56,699 nt of DNA from a virus (lineage: Duplodnaviria; Caudoviricetes). The stretch spans positions 1 through 56,699 of IMG/VR virus record IMGVR_UViG_3300046000_011464. One strand, 5' to 3'. The translations under genes were made by a program, and so were the position numbers. This document shows, piece by piece, positions 28,772 to 38,770 of the stretch (positions within the stretch are counted from its first letter, which is position 1; each line of letters opens with the position of its first letter). Under the pieces are notes generated by a model. That model was not told the DNA's origin, made no database searches, and saw only the letters and a list, made by a program, of their open reading frames with translations.

Positions 28772-31700
28772 TTAATTATTATTAGAAGTAAAGATATCTA
28801 ATAAGTTTTGAGCTTTTAATCTTTTAACAATATTACCTGCATCATCTTTAGTTTTTTCATCTAAAAATTCAGGTAATAATATTCCAGGAGATGTTTGTCC
28901 AGGTTTTTTATCCGCAATTAACACAACATTGGTTTCATCAGGTACTTTTGTTAGCATTATAAAATTTAAAACTCTACCTATAACTGAACCTGTTGGATTA
29001 TTTTTACAGGCTTGAGATGGTATATCTGGGGGTAGACTTATTAATGAGTTATTTAATTCACTAACTTCAAATACTAATCTATCGTTATATGAACCACTTC
29101 CATTAGAACCTGAACCTGGAAATCTACCAGGAGGATAAATATTAATGATTTCTCTTTCAAAAATAGGTGAAAAAGGAAATTTGGCATTATCGTGATTATA
29201 AAATCTTATTAAATCTCCTTTTTTAGGATTAAAATATTCTGTTATATCTTGATAACCTGATGCTAATGATTGACTAGGTACTATTTGTTTTAAGTAATTT
29301 CCATAATTTGAAGCACTAGGTGTATAATGATTATAATATAATTTAGATAAATCATATGATGCTGTTAATAGAGTAAATACACTACCACTTACAACTTTAT
29401 TTCCTCTCTCAAAATACCAATTATTAGTAGTACTTGAACCCGAACTAAAACCATTATCATATAATTCTGTAAGATAAATAATACTAGGAGCTTGAGTATT
29501 ATAATATGGGAAATCAGGATATGTTGAAACTATACTATAAGTAGGGGCAGTTGTAAATTGTATATTAGTACTTGTAGATTGTTTAGTAAATGTAAAGGTT
29601 TGTTGTATATTACCTATAACTCCACCTAAAGTTTGTAAGGGGATATCAACAGGACCATTTTGTCCTTCTCCTTGAGGTAGTACTATTTCACCTTCAAAAG
29701 GATATATTGCTTCTATAGTTAACCCATCTAGTTCTTCTAAAGGATAAGATTCTGGAGGTTGATTTAGAGAAACTAATGGTGATGTTGTTTTATATGAATT
29801 AAAAACAGAAGATGTTGAAAAAGTAGTTGAACAATTTAAAACTGTAACTGTAATTTCATTGGAACCATTTACACCATAAACTAAAGGACGTGGTGGTGCA
29901 GGTCTATAATTAGATTGCCACGGATATCCATCTGCATCAATTTCTTCTCCACTTGCACTAGCAGGTCCTGTTATAGTTATACCTGAATATATATTATTTC
30001 CGGGGTCATAGATAGATACACTTTTACCATCAGGGACTTTAACACTTATTAAATTATCTTGATAATTTCTAAGAATATCCCCATCTAGATAGGTTAAAGT
30101 AGATAGTTGAGTAGGTGATCCTGGAGTATTAATTTCAGTTAATTGATATTCTGATCCTGAAAAATTTGCTCTGTTATATAGTAATACTGGTGCTCCTTCA
30201 TCTGGTGGAGATACTTTTATAGTTAATTTAACACTTCCTGTTACTCTTTGTCTAATTTCTCCATCATATGGAGTATTTCTAGTTACAGTAAATAATATAG
30301 GTGAGTTTATTGTTACAGAAAGTACTGATTGTAATGAACCTATAGCACTAGATGAAATGGGATTTTGTAATATAGGAGGGGATTGGATAATTAAACTACC
30401 TTGTAAACTAGCTGTTACTTGGGAACCCGAAGCAGGATTAGGAATTGGGACTTCATCTAAAAGTGAAAATTCTAGACTAGACCAATTTGAAGTGGTATTA
30501 GAAATATTTTGTAAAATAGGTTCATATCTAAATCCACCAGCATAAATAGGTTTTAAACCATTTAAAGCTTTTTGTTTAGTTGGTTGGTTTACATTATCTA
30601 AAGCTACATTCACATCGGATTTAGCAAATATAGATTGAACATCAAATAAATTTTTATTAGCTTCTGTTAATTCTATTACATTAGAAGCACTATCAATTAA
30701 ATACTTAGTATTAACATTTACTCTTCCAGGGAATGTTAAAGATTGAGATGTTATTTCTCTAAAATAAGCAAATTTAACCGAATTTAAATCTATTACAGGA
30801 GAATTACCATAAGAAATATCTCCAGGAGAATATATGTTGTATAAATTACCAAATAATCTACTTCCATTATATCTTGGATTAGTATGTCTTTTTAAAGTAT
30901 AATTACTGTCTTGAACTGGAGCATTTAAAAATCCATACCCAGTACCATTTAAATTAACTTTTAAACTAGCAGTTAAAAAATTAAGATTAACGGGTAAAAT
31001 TGAATCATACCCATAATCCACATCTAGATATTGGGGTGAAGTTCTAGCAATTAAAACGTTGTTTAATGTTGGATTTATGGGTAATCTATAGTAGTTATCA
31101 TATATGCTAGAAGAAATATTAAGTGCTAAATTATTCAATTCATACACTATATTATCTAATGATTGTGAATGAACTGTTATTACAGTACCACCTAATTCAC
31201 CTGTAAATAACTCTCTATTATCATCATTATATTTAGTTATACTACCTGAAATGTATGATGTTGATGAAGTATAAGCTGTATTATAAATTTCGTCTAATCC
31301 ATTTGATCCTGTTATAAAAGCAGTATCAATAGAACCACTATAATCTATAAAAGTCATTACAGGTTCGTGTCTTGCTATTTTATTTCTTTCTAAGATATTA
31401 GTATTAATAACTAATCCTGTTGATAAATTAGTTTTAGCAGGAACAAAATCCTTTATCATTTTGAATAATGAATTATCAAAATAAGATAAAAGTTTAATTA
31501 AATCAAAAACATTTTGTGAATTAGTATATTTTTGAAAATAAAAATTTCTTAAATCAGTTAGTGCAGGGTACGAATCTGAGGAATCTAATCTTGGATCGCC
31601 AATATATTCGTCAATATTAAATGAACCTAATTGTGCTATTATATCCTCATTAATTGAGTCTTGTAGTGAAATTGATACTTCAACTACATTTAAATCAGTT

Positions 31701-34435
31701 GTGTATGGGTAAGTTTCAGGTTTTTGAATTGAAATATAAGGAGTTATTACATCTCCAGGTACTAAATTTGGAATAGCTATTCTTACTTTGTCATCTATTT
31801 CAGTAATACTTCCTAAATTAGGAGTATTAACTAAGAATGTTTCATGATTATCTAAGTAATTAGCATTAGTAAAATTTATTAAAGATATATTAGATGTAAT
31901 AACATTACTCTCATCTCCAAAAGAAGCTGTTTGAGAAGGATGAACCGATACATATGTACTTTTAATTGTATTATCTAATTCACTTCCAAAAGGATATCTA
32001 AATATCAATTTATCATAAGAACCTGTAACACTATTTTCAGGATAAGCTATAGGATTTAAAATATGGTCTTTAAAATTATTTATTGAGATAGAGTCTATCC
32101 ATAATCTAAATTCTTGTAAAGAAGCAGAAGTAGGATAATAGATATTACTGTTACCTATATTAATACGATCAAAAGTATTCCAACCATATAAATTATAATT
32201 GGATTGTGTAGCTCCATCTATAGTAATAGAACTTGATTTTAGATATTGAATCCCATAATCATTTTTATTACCTATAGTTAAAGTATAAGTATTAGTAGTT
32301 GTATAAGTAGTTAAACTATTAGCATCTAAACTACCTGTTTCTCTAGTTAAATTTAATACCCACCAATCATCATTATAAATTGGAATGTTTATTGGAGTTG
32401 AATATATAAAATTATTACCATCACTTAACCCAAAACTAACATCACCAAAAGAACCTGAGTCTTGGGTTACTTTTATATGTTTGTAGTTACTTTCTAGAAT
32501 AGATTGAGTTGGATATGTACCGTTTAATTTAAATCTATATTCTATAGTATCAGGAAATATACTTAAACCTGTATCTAGATATTGTTTATATGAAGATCTG
32601 AAAGGTGATTGTATATATGAGCTACCACTGAGATTTAAACTATAGTTAAATTTAGGAGTGATTTGTTCTATTGTATCTAAATCTTTTCTATTTCCACCAT
32701 ATTCTTTAATTTTTAATATTGTATCGGGAATACCGAAACAATTAATTAAAGAACGTAATCCTCTTCTTGTACCTTTAGTTTTAAGTAAATAAGGTAAGTT
32801 GTGATATATCCTTTTATATGTTTCTTTTACGATATCATTATCAGGAATAGTATTATTAGAAGCTGTTATATAAGTATCTATTAAATATGAGCCTGTAGAA
32901 GGTAAAGTACTATTGTTAGAATCAATTCCTAATAAAGATAAATATAAATCTTCTTGATTTCTTGAATTAGTATAAAGTTTAATACCAAAATTTCTTAAGG
33001 TATCTGCTACTAAATCCTTAGAAATACCATAATCAACTCTATTATCTGCAACTTGTAAATCAGTAATATCTTTGATGTAGGTCCAAATATAATCATAATG
33101 TTGACCTAACATTGCAGAGAATAATTCTAAATTAGCATTTTGAGAATCTTCTTTTATAAATTCAGGGAAGTTATTCCAAATATAATTTTTATTCTCAATA
33201 TCATAATTATCTGCATTTACTACAGCACCACCATAATAAGGAGAAGTATAATCAGTTGATCCAAACCAAACTAATGATTCTGGGTTTGTAGGAGATAAAT
33301 TAGTATAAGGCTTAACTGATCCTGATTTGGGCCAAGAATAACTCCCAGATTCATAATATAAAAAATATTCATATCCATCAAATTTTTCAATAAGAGTATT
33401 TAATTGAGTTTGTAAGTTAAGTACACTTGCTGAAGTGTAAGTTCTACTTGAAGATATATTTAAACCATTTATATTATTAATATCTGATTGTAGGGATTGG
33501 ATTTGAGTTAACTTATATTTAAAATTTTCCAATCTTTCTCTAGCAGATGAAAAATGAACAAAATTGTTAAAATCAGTGTAATCAACTGTAATTTCAATAC
33601 TTTTTTCCTCTAACCAAGACTGTAATTGTTGATATGAAGAAGAAACGTTAGAACTTAATAAAGAAGATAAATTTAAGTAAGGTGTAGTTAAATTTGTCTT
33701 TTCTACTAATCCAATATTAATATTAGGTCCTCTTAAAGGAGTAGTATCAGGAGTAGCTTCAGCTATAAATTCGGTATTTACTTCAAAAACATAAGGTTCA
33801 GAAATACTTTCTACTACCCAAAAAGTATCTTTTAATCTGAAATCTGGTGGAAGTGGTTCGTATAATTTAATATATAAACTAGCATAGGATTCATTTGAAT
33901 TATCAAATGCCACATTTACTCCAATAAGAGTTTTATTATCACCAAAATTTAAAAGAAAATCCGAATAGAAGGCTCTTGAATTTCTTTCAGAAATAAATGT
34001 TAAATAGGATTGTCCTAAGTCAGTATATGAAATTGAGTTATTAGAAACTTTAAGTTCAGTTCTATCTGAAGATATTTCTGATATGAAGAATGGAAGAGTA
34101 TAAGAACTAAAAAATAATTGTCTGTAAAAATTATAAATTATCTCATATCTTCCTAATCCAATCCCAAATGATTCTAAATCCGCTTTAGGATCTAATTCAA
34201 CTTGATCATAAAGAGAAGTACCTTGGATTGTTTGTCTTGTAGTATAATTTTTAAAATCATATGCAGAGTTTAACACATCACCATTAGGAGATATAACATG
34301 CACTTCTACTTTATCCTCAGGTAAACCAAACTCTTTATTAATGTTTAATGAATTTAATAAGGATTCATCACTAATTTTATAGTCTTGGTTTATAAATTCA
34401 GTAGGATCAAGTTGGGATATATTTGTAATTTCCAT
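28772..34435 (-). CDS. Large baseplate wedge protein (gp7/gpI-like segment plus beta-rich, possibly LamG-like domain)
   Basis: 1887 aa; NLPYLLKTKGTRRGLRSLINCFG resembles the gpI/gp7 KGT motif; SLQEFRLW; baseplate operon context. Confidence 0.6.
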   Translation of the reverse strand: MEITNISQLDPTEFINQDYKISDESLLNSLNINKEFGLPEDKVEVHVISPNGDVLNSAYDFKNYTTRQTIQGTSLYDQVELDPKADLESFGIGLGRYEIIYNFYRQLFFSSYTLPFFISEISSDRTELKVSNNSISYTDLGQSYLTFISERNSRAFYSDFLLNFGDNKTLIGVNVAFDNSNESYASLYIKLYEPLPPDFRLKDTFWVVESISEPYVFEVNTEFIAEATPDTTPLRGPNINIGLVEKTNLTTPYLNLSSLLSSNVSSSYQQLQSWLEEKSIEITVDYTDFNNFVHFSSARERLENFKYKLTQIQSLQSDINNINGLNISSSRTYTSASVLNLQTQLNTLIEKFDGYEYFLYYESGSYSWPKSGSVKPYTNLSPTNPESLVWFGSTDYTSPYYGGAVVNADNYDIENKNYIWNNFPEFIKEDSQNANLELFSAMLGQHYDYIWTYIKDITDLQVADNRVDYGISKDLVADTLRNFGIKLYTNSRNQEDLYLSLLGIDSNNSTLPSTGSYLIDTYITASNNTIPDNDIVKETYKRIYHNLPYLLKTKGTRRGLRSLINCFGIPDTILKIKEYGGNRKDLDTIEQITPKFNYSLNLSGSSYIQSPFRSSYKQYLDTGLSIFPDTIEYRFKLNGTYPTQSILESNYKHIKVTQDSGSFGDVSFGLSDGNNFIYSTPINIPIYNDDWWVLNLTRETGSLDANSLTTYTTTNTYTLTIGNKNDYGIQYLKSSSITIDGATQSNYNLYGWNTFDRINIGNSNIYYPTSASLQEFRLWIDSISINNFKDHILNPIAYPENSVTGSYDKLIFRYPFGSELDNTIKSTYVSVHPSQTASFGDESNVITSNISLINFTNANYLDNHETFLVNTPNLGSITEIDDKVRIAIPNLVPGDVITPYISIQKPETYPYTTDLNVVEVSISLQDSINEDIIAQLGSFNIDEYIGDPRLDSSDSYPALTDLRNFYFQKYTNSQNVFDLIKLLSYFDNSLFKMIKDFVPAKTNLSTGLVINTNILERNKIARHEPVMTFIDYSGSIDTAFITGSNGLDEIYNTAYTSSTSYISGSITKYNDDNRELFTGELGGTVITVHSQSLDNIVYELNNLALNISSSIYDNYYRLPINPTLNNVLIARTSPQYLDVDYGYDSILPVNLNFLTASLKVNLNGTGYGFLNAPVQDSNYTLKRHTNPRYNGSRLFGNLYNIYSPGDISYGNSPVIDLNSVKFAYFREITSQSLTFPGRVNVNTKYLIDSASNVIELTEANKNLFDVQSIFAKSDVNVALDNVNQPTKQKALNGLKPIYAGGFRYEPILQNISNTTSNWSSLEFSLLDEVPIPNPASGSQVTASLQGSLIIQSPPILQNPISSSAIGSLQSVLSVTINSPILFTVTRNTPYDGEIRQRVTGSVKLTIKVSPPDEGAPVLLYNRANFSGSEYQLTEINTPGSPTQLSTLTYLDGDILRNYQDNLISVKVPDGKSVSIYDPGNNIYSGITITGPASASGEEIDADGYPWQSNYRPAPPRPLVYGVNGSNEITVTVLNCSTTFSTSSVFNSYKTTSPLVSLNQPPESYPLEELDGLTIEAIYPFEGEIVLPQGEGQNGPVDIPLQTLGGVIGNIQQTFTFTKQSTSTNIQFTTAPTYSIVSTYPDFPYYNTQAPSIIYLTELYDNGFSSGSSTTNNWYFERGNKVVSGSVFTLLTASYDLSKLYYNHYTPSASNYGNYLKQIVPSQSLASGYQDITEYFNPKKGDLIRFYNHDNAKFPFSPIFEREIINIYPPGRFPGSGSNGSGSYNDRLVFEVSELNNSLISLPPDIPSQACKNNPTGSVIGRVLNFIMLTKVPDETNVVLIADKKPGQTSPGILLPEFLDEKTKDDAGNIVKRLKAQNLLDIFTSNNN

Positions 34436-34776
34436 TATTTGGATATTGTTAAATCATTTATGGTTTGCTGTAATGTTAAGTTTTCAAGTCGTAATTGATT
34501 AATCTCATCTAATAGAGCATCTATTTCTCCTGCATTTTGATTAACACCAGTATATTCTGTACTTCTTCTAATTAATTCTAAATGTGAATTTATATCTCCT
34601 TCTACAGGGATTTCATAAAATAAGTCATTATATGCCTGAAAAAATTCATTTATGTTAATAGCATTATCTTCTATAACTGTTTGAGGTTGCAATAATTGAG
34701 AAAATTGAGTATCAATTACATTTAAATATGTAACCTTACCATAAACTGTTTTATTTAATTTAATTTGTTCCGCCAT
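34435..34776 (-). CDS. Hypothetical baseplate-operon protein with C-terminal coiled coil
   Basis: 113 aa, TAATG coupling with neighbours. Confidence 0.65.
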   Translation of the reverse strand: MAEQIKLNKTVYGKVTYLNVIDTQFSQLLQPQTVIEDNAININEFFQAYNDLFYEIPVEGDINSHLELIRRSTEYTGVNQNAGEIDALLDEINQLRLENLTLQQTINDLTISK

Positions 34777-35807
34777 TATCTAACTATTTTAAAATAATTT
34801 GACTCATCATCTATAATTATAATTTCACCATTTGAAAGTATAGTTTTAATTAAAATTTGATAATATCTTTCAGGTTCTAAACCATTCATATATAATTTAA
34901 AATAATTACTTGTATTATCACAACTTACTTTAGTAGAAACAATATTAAAATCTACTATAATTTCATCAGTTTTTACATCTTTTAATGCCCAATATGTAGT
35001 TGGGGGTAAAGCCTTTACATTTAAATATACTGATGATGTGGAAAAAGCACGAGCAGGGAATGTATCTCGGCATTTTATTCTAAAAGTATAGACAGTATTT
35101 TCTTCAAATTCTACTTTATTATTAGATATTACAGGTATAAAATTTGATGTAGTAATTTGAGTTAATGAAGAATTATATATACTATCATCCCATCTAAATT
35201 CTAATTGGGGTGGATATATAGTATGAGTATCCATTGAAAAGAATCTGGTAATTAAAGGAGTAGTACTATTTTCTATACTAGAAGAAAGTTTTAATAATAT
35301 ACCATAATTGGGGATTGAACTTGAATACCATAAATTAGTGATAGAAGTTAAGTTCATATCAATATCTTTACTATCAGTATAAATAAATGATTGCGAAGTA
35401 AATGAACTTGTAATAAATGAACTACCAGAAGAAGCCCAATTTGTACTACCATTACTAATCCATGTACAACCATCAGTTGTTATAGGAGTATTGGCAGATC
35501 TACCTAACCCCATAATCCAACTTTGAGAAACAGGATATCCTAAAATTGTATAATCTATAGGTAAAGTAGCAGTAGCTAAAAATAATTTAAGATATGAAGT
35601 AAAATTACTTCCACTTATTTTATTATTAATTACATCGGTTATTTGAGAAGTAGGAAATTGAATTAACGCTCGTGTTACATCAGCGTTTATAGAAGTAATC
35701 TCAGTTTCATTTGATACCTCTAAAATTTCGTCTCTACCAAAATTTTGAGTATTACGATATGATGAAATGAAAGTATCTTTTTCAGGAAATATTTTATAAA
35801 CAGCCAT
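34776..35807 (-). CDS. Structural beta-sandwich protein
   Basis: DTFISS...NFG...RALIQF...NYGILLK...PQLEFRWDD; late motif at 35823. Confidence 0.6.
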   Translation of the reverse strand: MAVYKIFPEKDTFISSYRNTQNFGRDEILEVSNETEITSINADVTRALIQFPTSQITDVINNKISGSNFTSYLKLFLATATLPIDYTILGYPVSQSWIMGLGRSANTPITTDGCTWISNGSTNWASSGSSFITSSFTSQSFIYTDSKDIDMNLTSITNLWYSSSIPNYGILLKLSSSIENSTTPLITRFFSMDTHTIYPPQLEFRWDDSIYNSSLTQITTSNFIPVISNNKVEFEENTVYTFRIKCRDTFPARAFSTSSVYLNVKALPPTTYWALKDVKTDEIIVDFNIVSTKVSCDNTSNYFKLYMNGLEPERYYQILIKTILSNGEIIIIDDESNYFKIVR

Positions 35808-35848
35808 AAATCTAATATATAATATAAATATACATTAGGTGAATTTTT

Positions 35849-35944
35849 TTATTGCTTATTTCTTTTACTATCTACTATTAGTATCAATATTAAAAATACT
35901 ACTACACCTACCATTAAGTAATATCCTGTTAACCCCCCATCCAC
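35849..35944 (-). CDS. Possible 31-aa single-pass membrane protein, not in ORF track
   Basis: GTG start; MDGGLTGYYLMVGVVVFLILILIVDSKRNKQ*. Confidence 0.4.
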   Translation of the reverse strand: MDGGLTGYYLMVGVVVFLILILIVDSKRNKQ

Positions 35945-35968
35945 TATAATTAAATTATCTGTTAAATT

Positions 35969-37846
35969 TTAAAAAGTAACTACTCTCCCTTGAATATCTG
36001 TTGTTAAGTTTTTTACTTCAAAAATACTAGGGTCTAGTGAAGGATATAAAATATTATTAATAGTTGCTCCTTTAATATCATAAGCATATTGTGAGTAACC
36101 TGAATTAGTTCCTGCTTTATTTACTATATTTACTTTTTGTACTGTTTGTACTCCTTCGACTTGGTCTAAAGTACTGTAAATATCAGCAATTAAAATAGGT
36201 TGGTTAATTTGCCATTTATCTATACTAAAATATGATTGTAAAGTAGTTAAGCAGTTATTTATAACTAATTTTCCATTATAGTTTGGTCTAACTACTACAT
36301 CAAAATCTACTCCAATATTAATAATAAAAGCATCTTTTATATTAACACCATCAGTTATCATTCTGTATTCAGAAAGAAATGTTTTTATATTTTGTTTTAA
36401 AGCAGGACTAGAAACTGTTAAATTACCTGTAGAATTTCTAGATAAAATATAGATTGAAATAGCATTTGGGTTTTGAGTAGCTAATAAATCTGTTGGATAG
36501 TTAACACTAATCCCCATATCTTGAGTAACAAATGCTTTAGAAACTAAACCATATTTAGAAGGTAAAGATAAAGTTCTAATAATATAGTCATCATTAGTTA
36601 TAGTTCTTAACTGTGTAGGATACATAGCTAAAGAATTTTGTCTTATTTCTTCATTTGTATCTCCATCTCCTCCTCCTACAGCAGCATCATCATTATTAAA
36701 AGCTAATGAATTAATTACTGTTGTTTGCATAGCAGGATCTAACCCACTACCTGCAAATGAATTTGTTCCTCCAATACGATTAGTTAAAGTATTTGAAGGT
36801 ATATTTGATGTAGCTCCTCCTCCTTTTAAGTAAGTTACTGTTAAAGTAGTATTTGAAGGGGCTAAACCATAAGTTTGTGTATATAAGAAATTGGATGGAT
36901 CCCAAGCAGTAGTCATTTTATCTACTCCATAAGGTAATCCTAAACCAATATTATCTGGGTTTGGTGTTATTTCTTCATCAGCTCCTGATGATACACCTGG
37001 GCCAAATTGTAACTCTAAGGTATTATTAGTTTTAAAACGAGAAATAAATCTTCTAGGTACTTTTCTTAGTTTAAGTAAATATGGAGTTGAATCATTATAT
37101 TGTGATAAACTAGGATCATTTGTAGCAGTATTTTCAGTAGCCTCAAAAATAGTATCTTGAGCTAAGTAAGGTACTTCATACCATTTATTATTATCAGAAT
37201 CAACTACATCTACTATAGAAATTACATTATTATCAGTAAGAGTAACGGTAGGATAACGTTCAGGATTACCAAATGTAAATGTTGTTGTAGTTAAAGTTCC
37301 AGCCGTAGCTTTCACTGTTTTTTGTAATAAATAAAATAAGGGATTACCATTAATATCATAACTATAAACTGAAATTTCTGTAGAAGTTGATCCTGAGTTA
37401 GAAAAATCTACTTTATCTGTTATATAAAAAGGGACATTTCCATTTCCATTAGTTTGTAATTGTGTTCCTTCTTCTAATATTAAAGCATAATTAAAATCTG
37501 GTATATACTGGCTACCAGATATAGTTGAAGGAATAACTTGAAATACATTAACATCAACTGAGGCGGCACTTGTTACTTTAGGTTGATATCCAAAGTTATA
37601 AGCTAGGGCTAATAGATTTTTCCTTTGCTTAGCAAATTGTAAGAAATTTTCTTGAATTTGATTATCAGTATAAAATGATAAAACATCTCCAACATATGAA
37701 GCCATTTCAATAAGCATCATACCTGGAGATGCCTCTGAAAAATCATTATATGTGTTTGGATAATAAATTTTAGCAAAGTTAACTAACTGTGCTTTTAAAC
37801 TATCAAAATCACGATTTAAATATTGTACTGTTTTTGAATTAGCCAT
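35969..37846 (-). CDS. gp6: Baseplate wedge subunit (T4 gp6 / baseplate J-like)
   Basis: RDFDSLKAQL, SPGMMLIEMASYVGDVLSFY, AVGGGDGDTNEEIR, RTITNDDY. Confidence 0.85.
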   Translation of the reverse strand: MANSKTVQYLNRDFDSLKAQLVNFAKIYYPNTYNDFSEASPGMMLIEMASYVGDVLSFYTDNQIQENFLQFAKQRKNLLALAYNFGYQPKVTSAASVDVNVFQVIPSTISGSQYIPDFNYALILEEGTQLQTNGNGNVPFYITDKVDFSNSGSTSTEISVYSYDINGNPLFYLLQKTVKATAGTLTTTTFTFGNPERYPTVTLTDNNVISIVDVVDSDNNKWYEVPYLAQDTIFEATENTATNDPSLSQYNDSTPYLLKLRKVPRRFISRFKTNNTLELQFGPGVSSGADEEITPNPDNIGLGLPYGVDKMTTAWDPSNFLYTQTYGLAPSNTTLTVTYLKGGGATSNIPSNTLTNRIGGTNSFAGSGLDPAMQTTVINSLAFNNDDAAVGGGDGDTNEEIRQNSLAMYPTQLRTITNDDYIIRTLSLPSKYGLVSKAFVTQDMGISVNYPTDLLATQNPNAISIYILSRNSTGNLTVSSPALKQNIKTFLSEYRMITDGVNIKDAFIINIGVDFDVVVRPNYNGKLVINNCLTTLQSYFSIDKWQINQPILIADIYSTLDQVEGVQTVQKVNIVNKAGTNSGYSQYAYDIKGATINNILYPSLDPSIFEVKNLTTDIQGRVVTF

Positions 37847-38252
37847 TGTTGAAATTTATTGAAATTTCGTCTTGTATGTTAGTATTAAGTATAGAATATG
37901 AAAAATATACTTGTATTAAATTCTCATCAGGCGACGCGTTTACTGATAAATTATTTAATCTTATTTGGGGGAAATATTCTTGTAAACCAAAAGATATGAT
38001 ATCTTCTATATTTTGAGCAGTACCTTGAGATATTTGTTCAAATAATTGTTCTCTTATACCTGCTCCAAAAATTGGATTCATTATTCTTTCTTTCTTTCCT
38101 GTAAGAAAAAAATTTAAAATATTAGATTTAACAGCATCCTTAGTAGTATAAGTAATATTTAACCCAGTTGGACCATCAAAAGGAATTTGAATCCCAACAC
38201 CTTTACTAGGTGATAGATCTAATGGATTTATATTTACTGTATTATACGCCAT
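37839..38252 (-). CDS. gp25: Baseplate wedge / sheath initiator (gp25/GPW)
   Basis: VKSNILNFFLTGKKERIMNPIFGAGIREQLFE. Confidence 0.85.
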   Translation of the reverse strand: MAYNTVNINPLDLSPSKGVGIQIPFDGPTGLNITYTTKDAVKSNILNFFLTGKKERIMNPIFGAGIREQLFEQISQGTAQNIEDIISFGLQEYFPQIRLNNLSVNASPDENLIQVYFSYSILNTNIQDEISINFNNG

Positions 38253-38740
38253 TAAATGCTACCTTTTTCTTTTAAAGCACCCATAAATTTAGAAAAATCA
38301 GGTACTACATCAATACTTACATCATTTATATCTCTAACAGGACCTTGGGATTTAATCATTTCATCTACTGTAGCTACTACAGGAATATTAGAATCACCAC
38401 CTATCATTCCAGGTGCACCTCCAGCCCATCCTACTGCTTGAGAGGCATTAAATTCACCTCCATTTAAAGTTCTCCATTCACCTGCTTGAGCAGTTTCATT
38501 TAAGATATCTAACATAGGATTACCTGTAGAAGGAATTGGTTTTCTTTCTTCAGAAATTATATCTGAAAATGATGGTTTATAAGTAGATTCTACTTTAGAA
38601 TAAGGTTGAGTAGATTTATTTTCGGTTAATTTAGGTTTATTAGCTGATTTAACCGCCTCAAGTAAAATGTCTCTCATTTCTTCTTGAATAGCTTTCTTAA
38701 CTTCTTCTCTAATTACTTTTCTGAATGCATCTAATTTCAT
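38252..38740 (-). CDS. Hypothetical protein
   Basis: MKLDAFRKVIREEV tag; late motif at 38744. Confidence 0.65.
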   Translation of the reverse strand: MKLDAFRKVIREEVKKAIQEEMRDILLEAVKSANKPKLTENKSTQPYSKVESTYKPSFSDIISEERKPIPSTGNPMLDILNETAQAGEWRTLNGGEFNASQAVGWAGGAPGMIGGDSNIPVVATVDEMIKSQGPVRDINDVSIDVVPDFSKFMGALKEKGSI

Positions 38741-38770
38741 ACATATAAATATTTAATATTAAAACTTATT

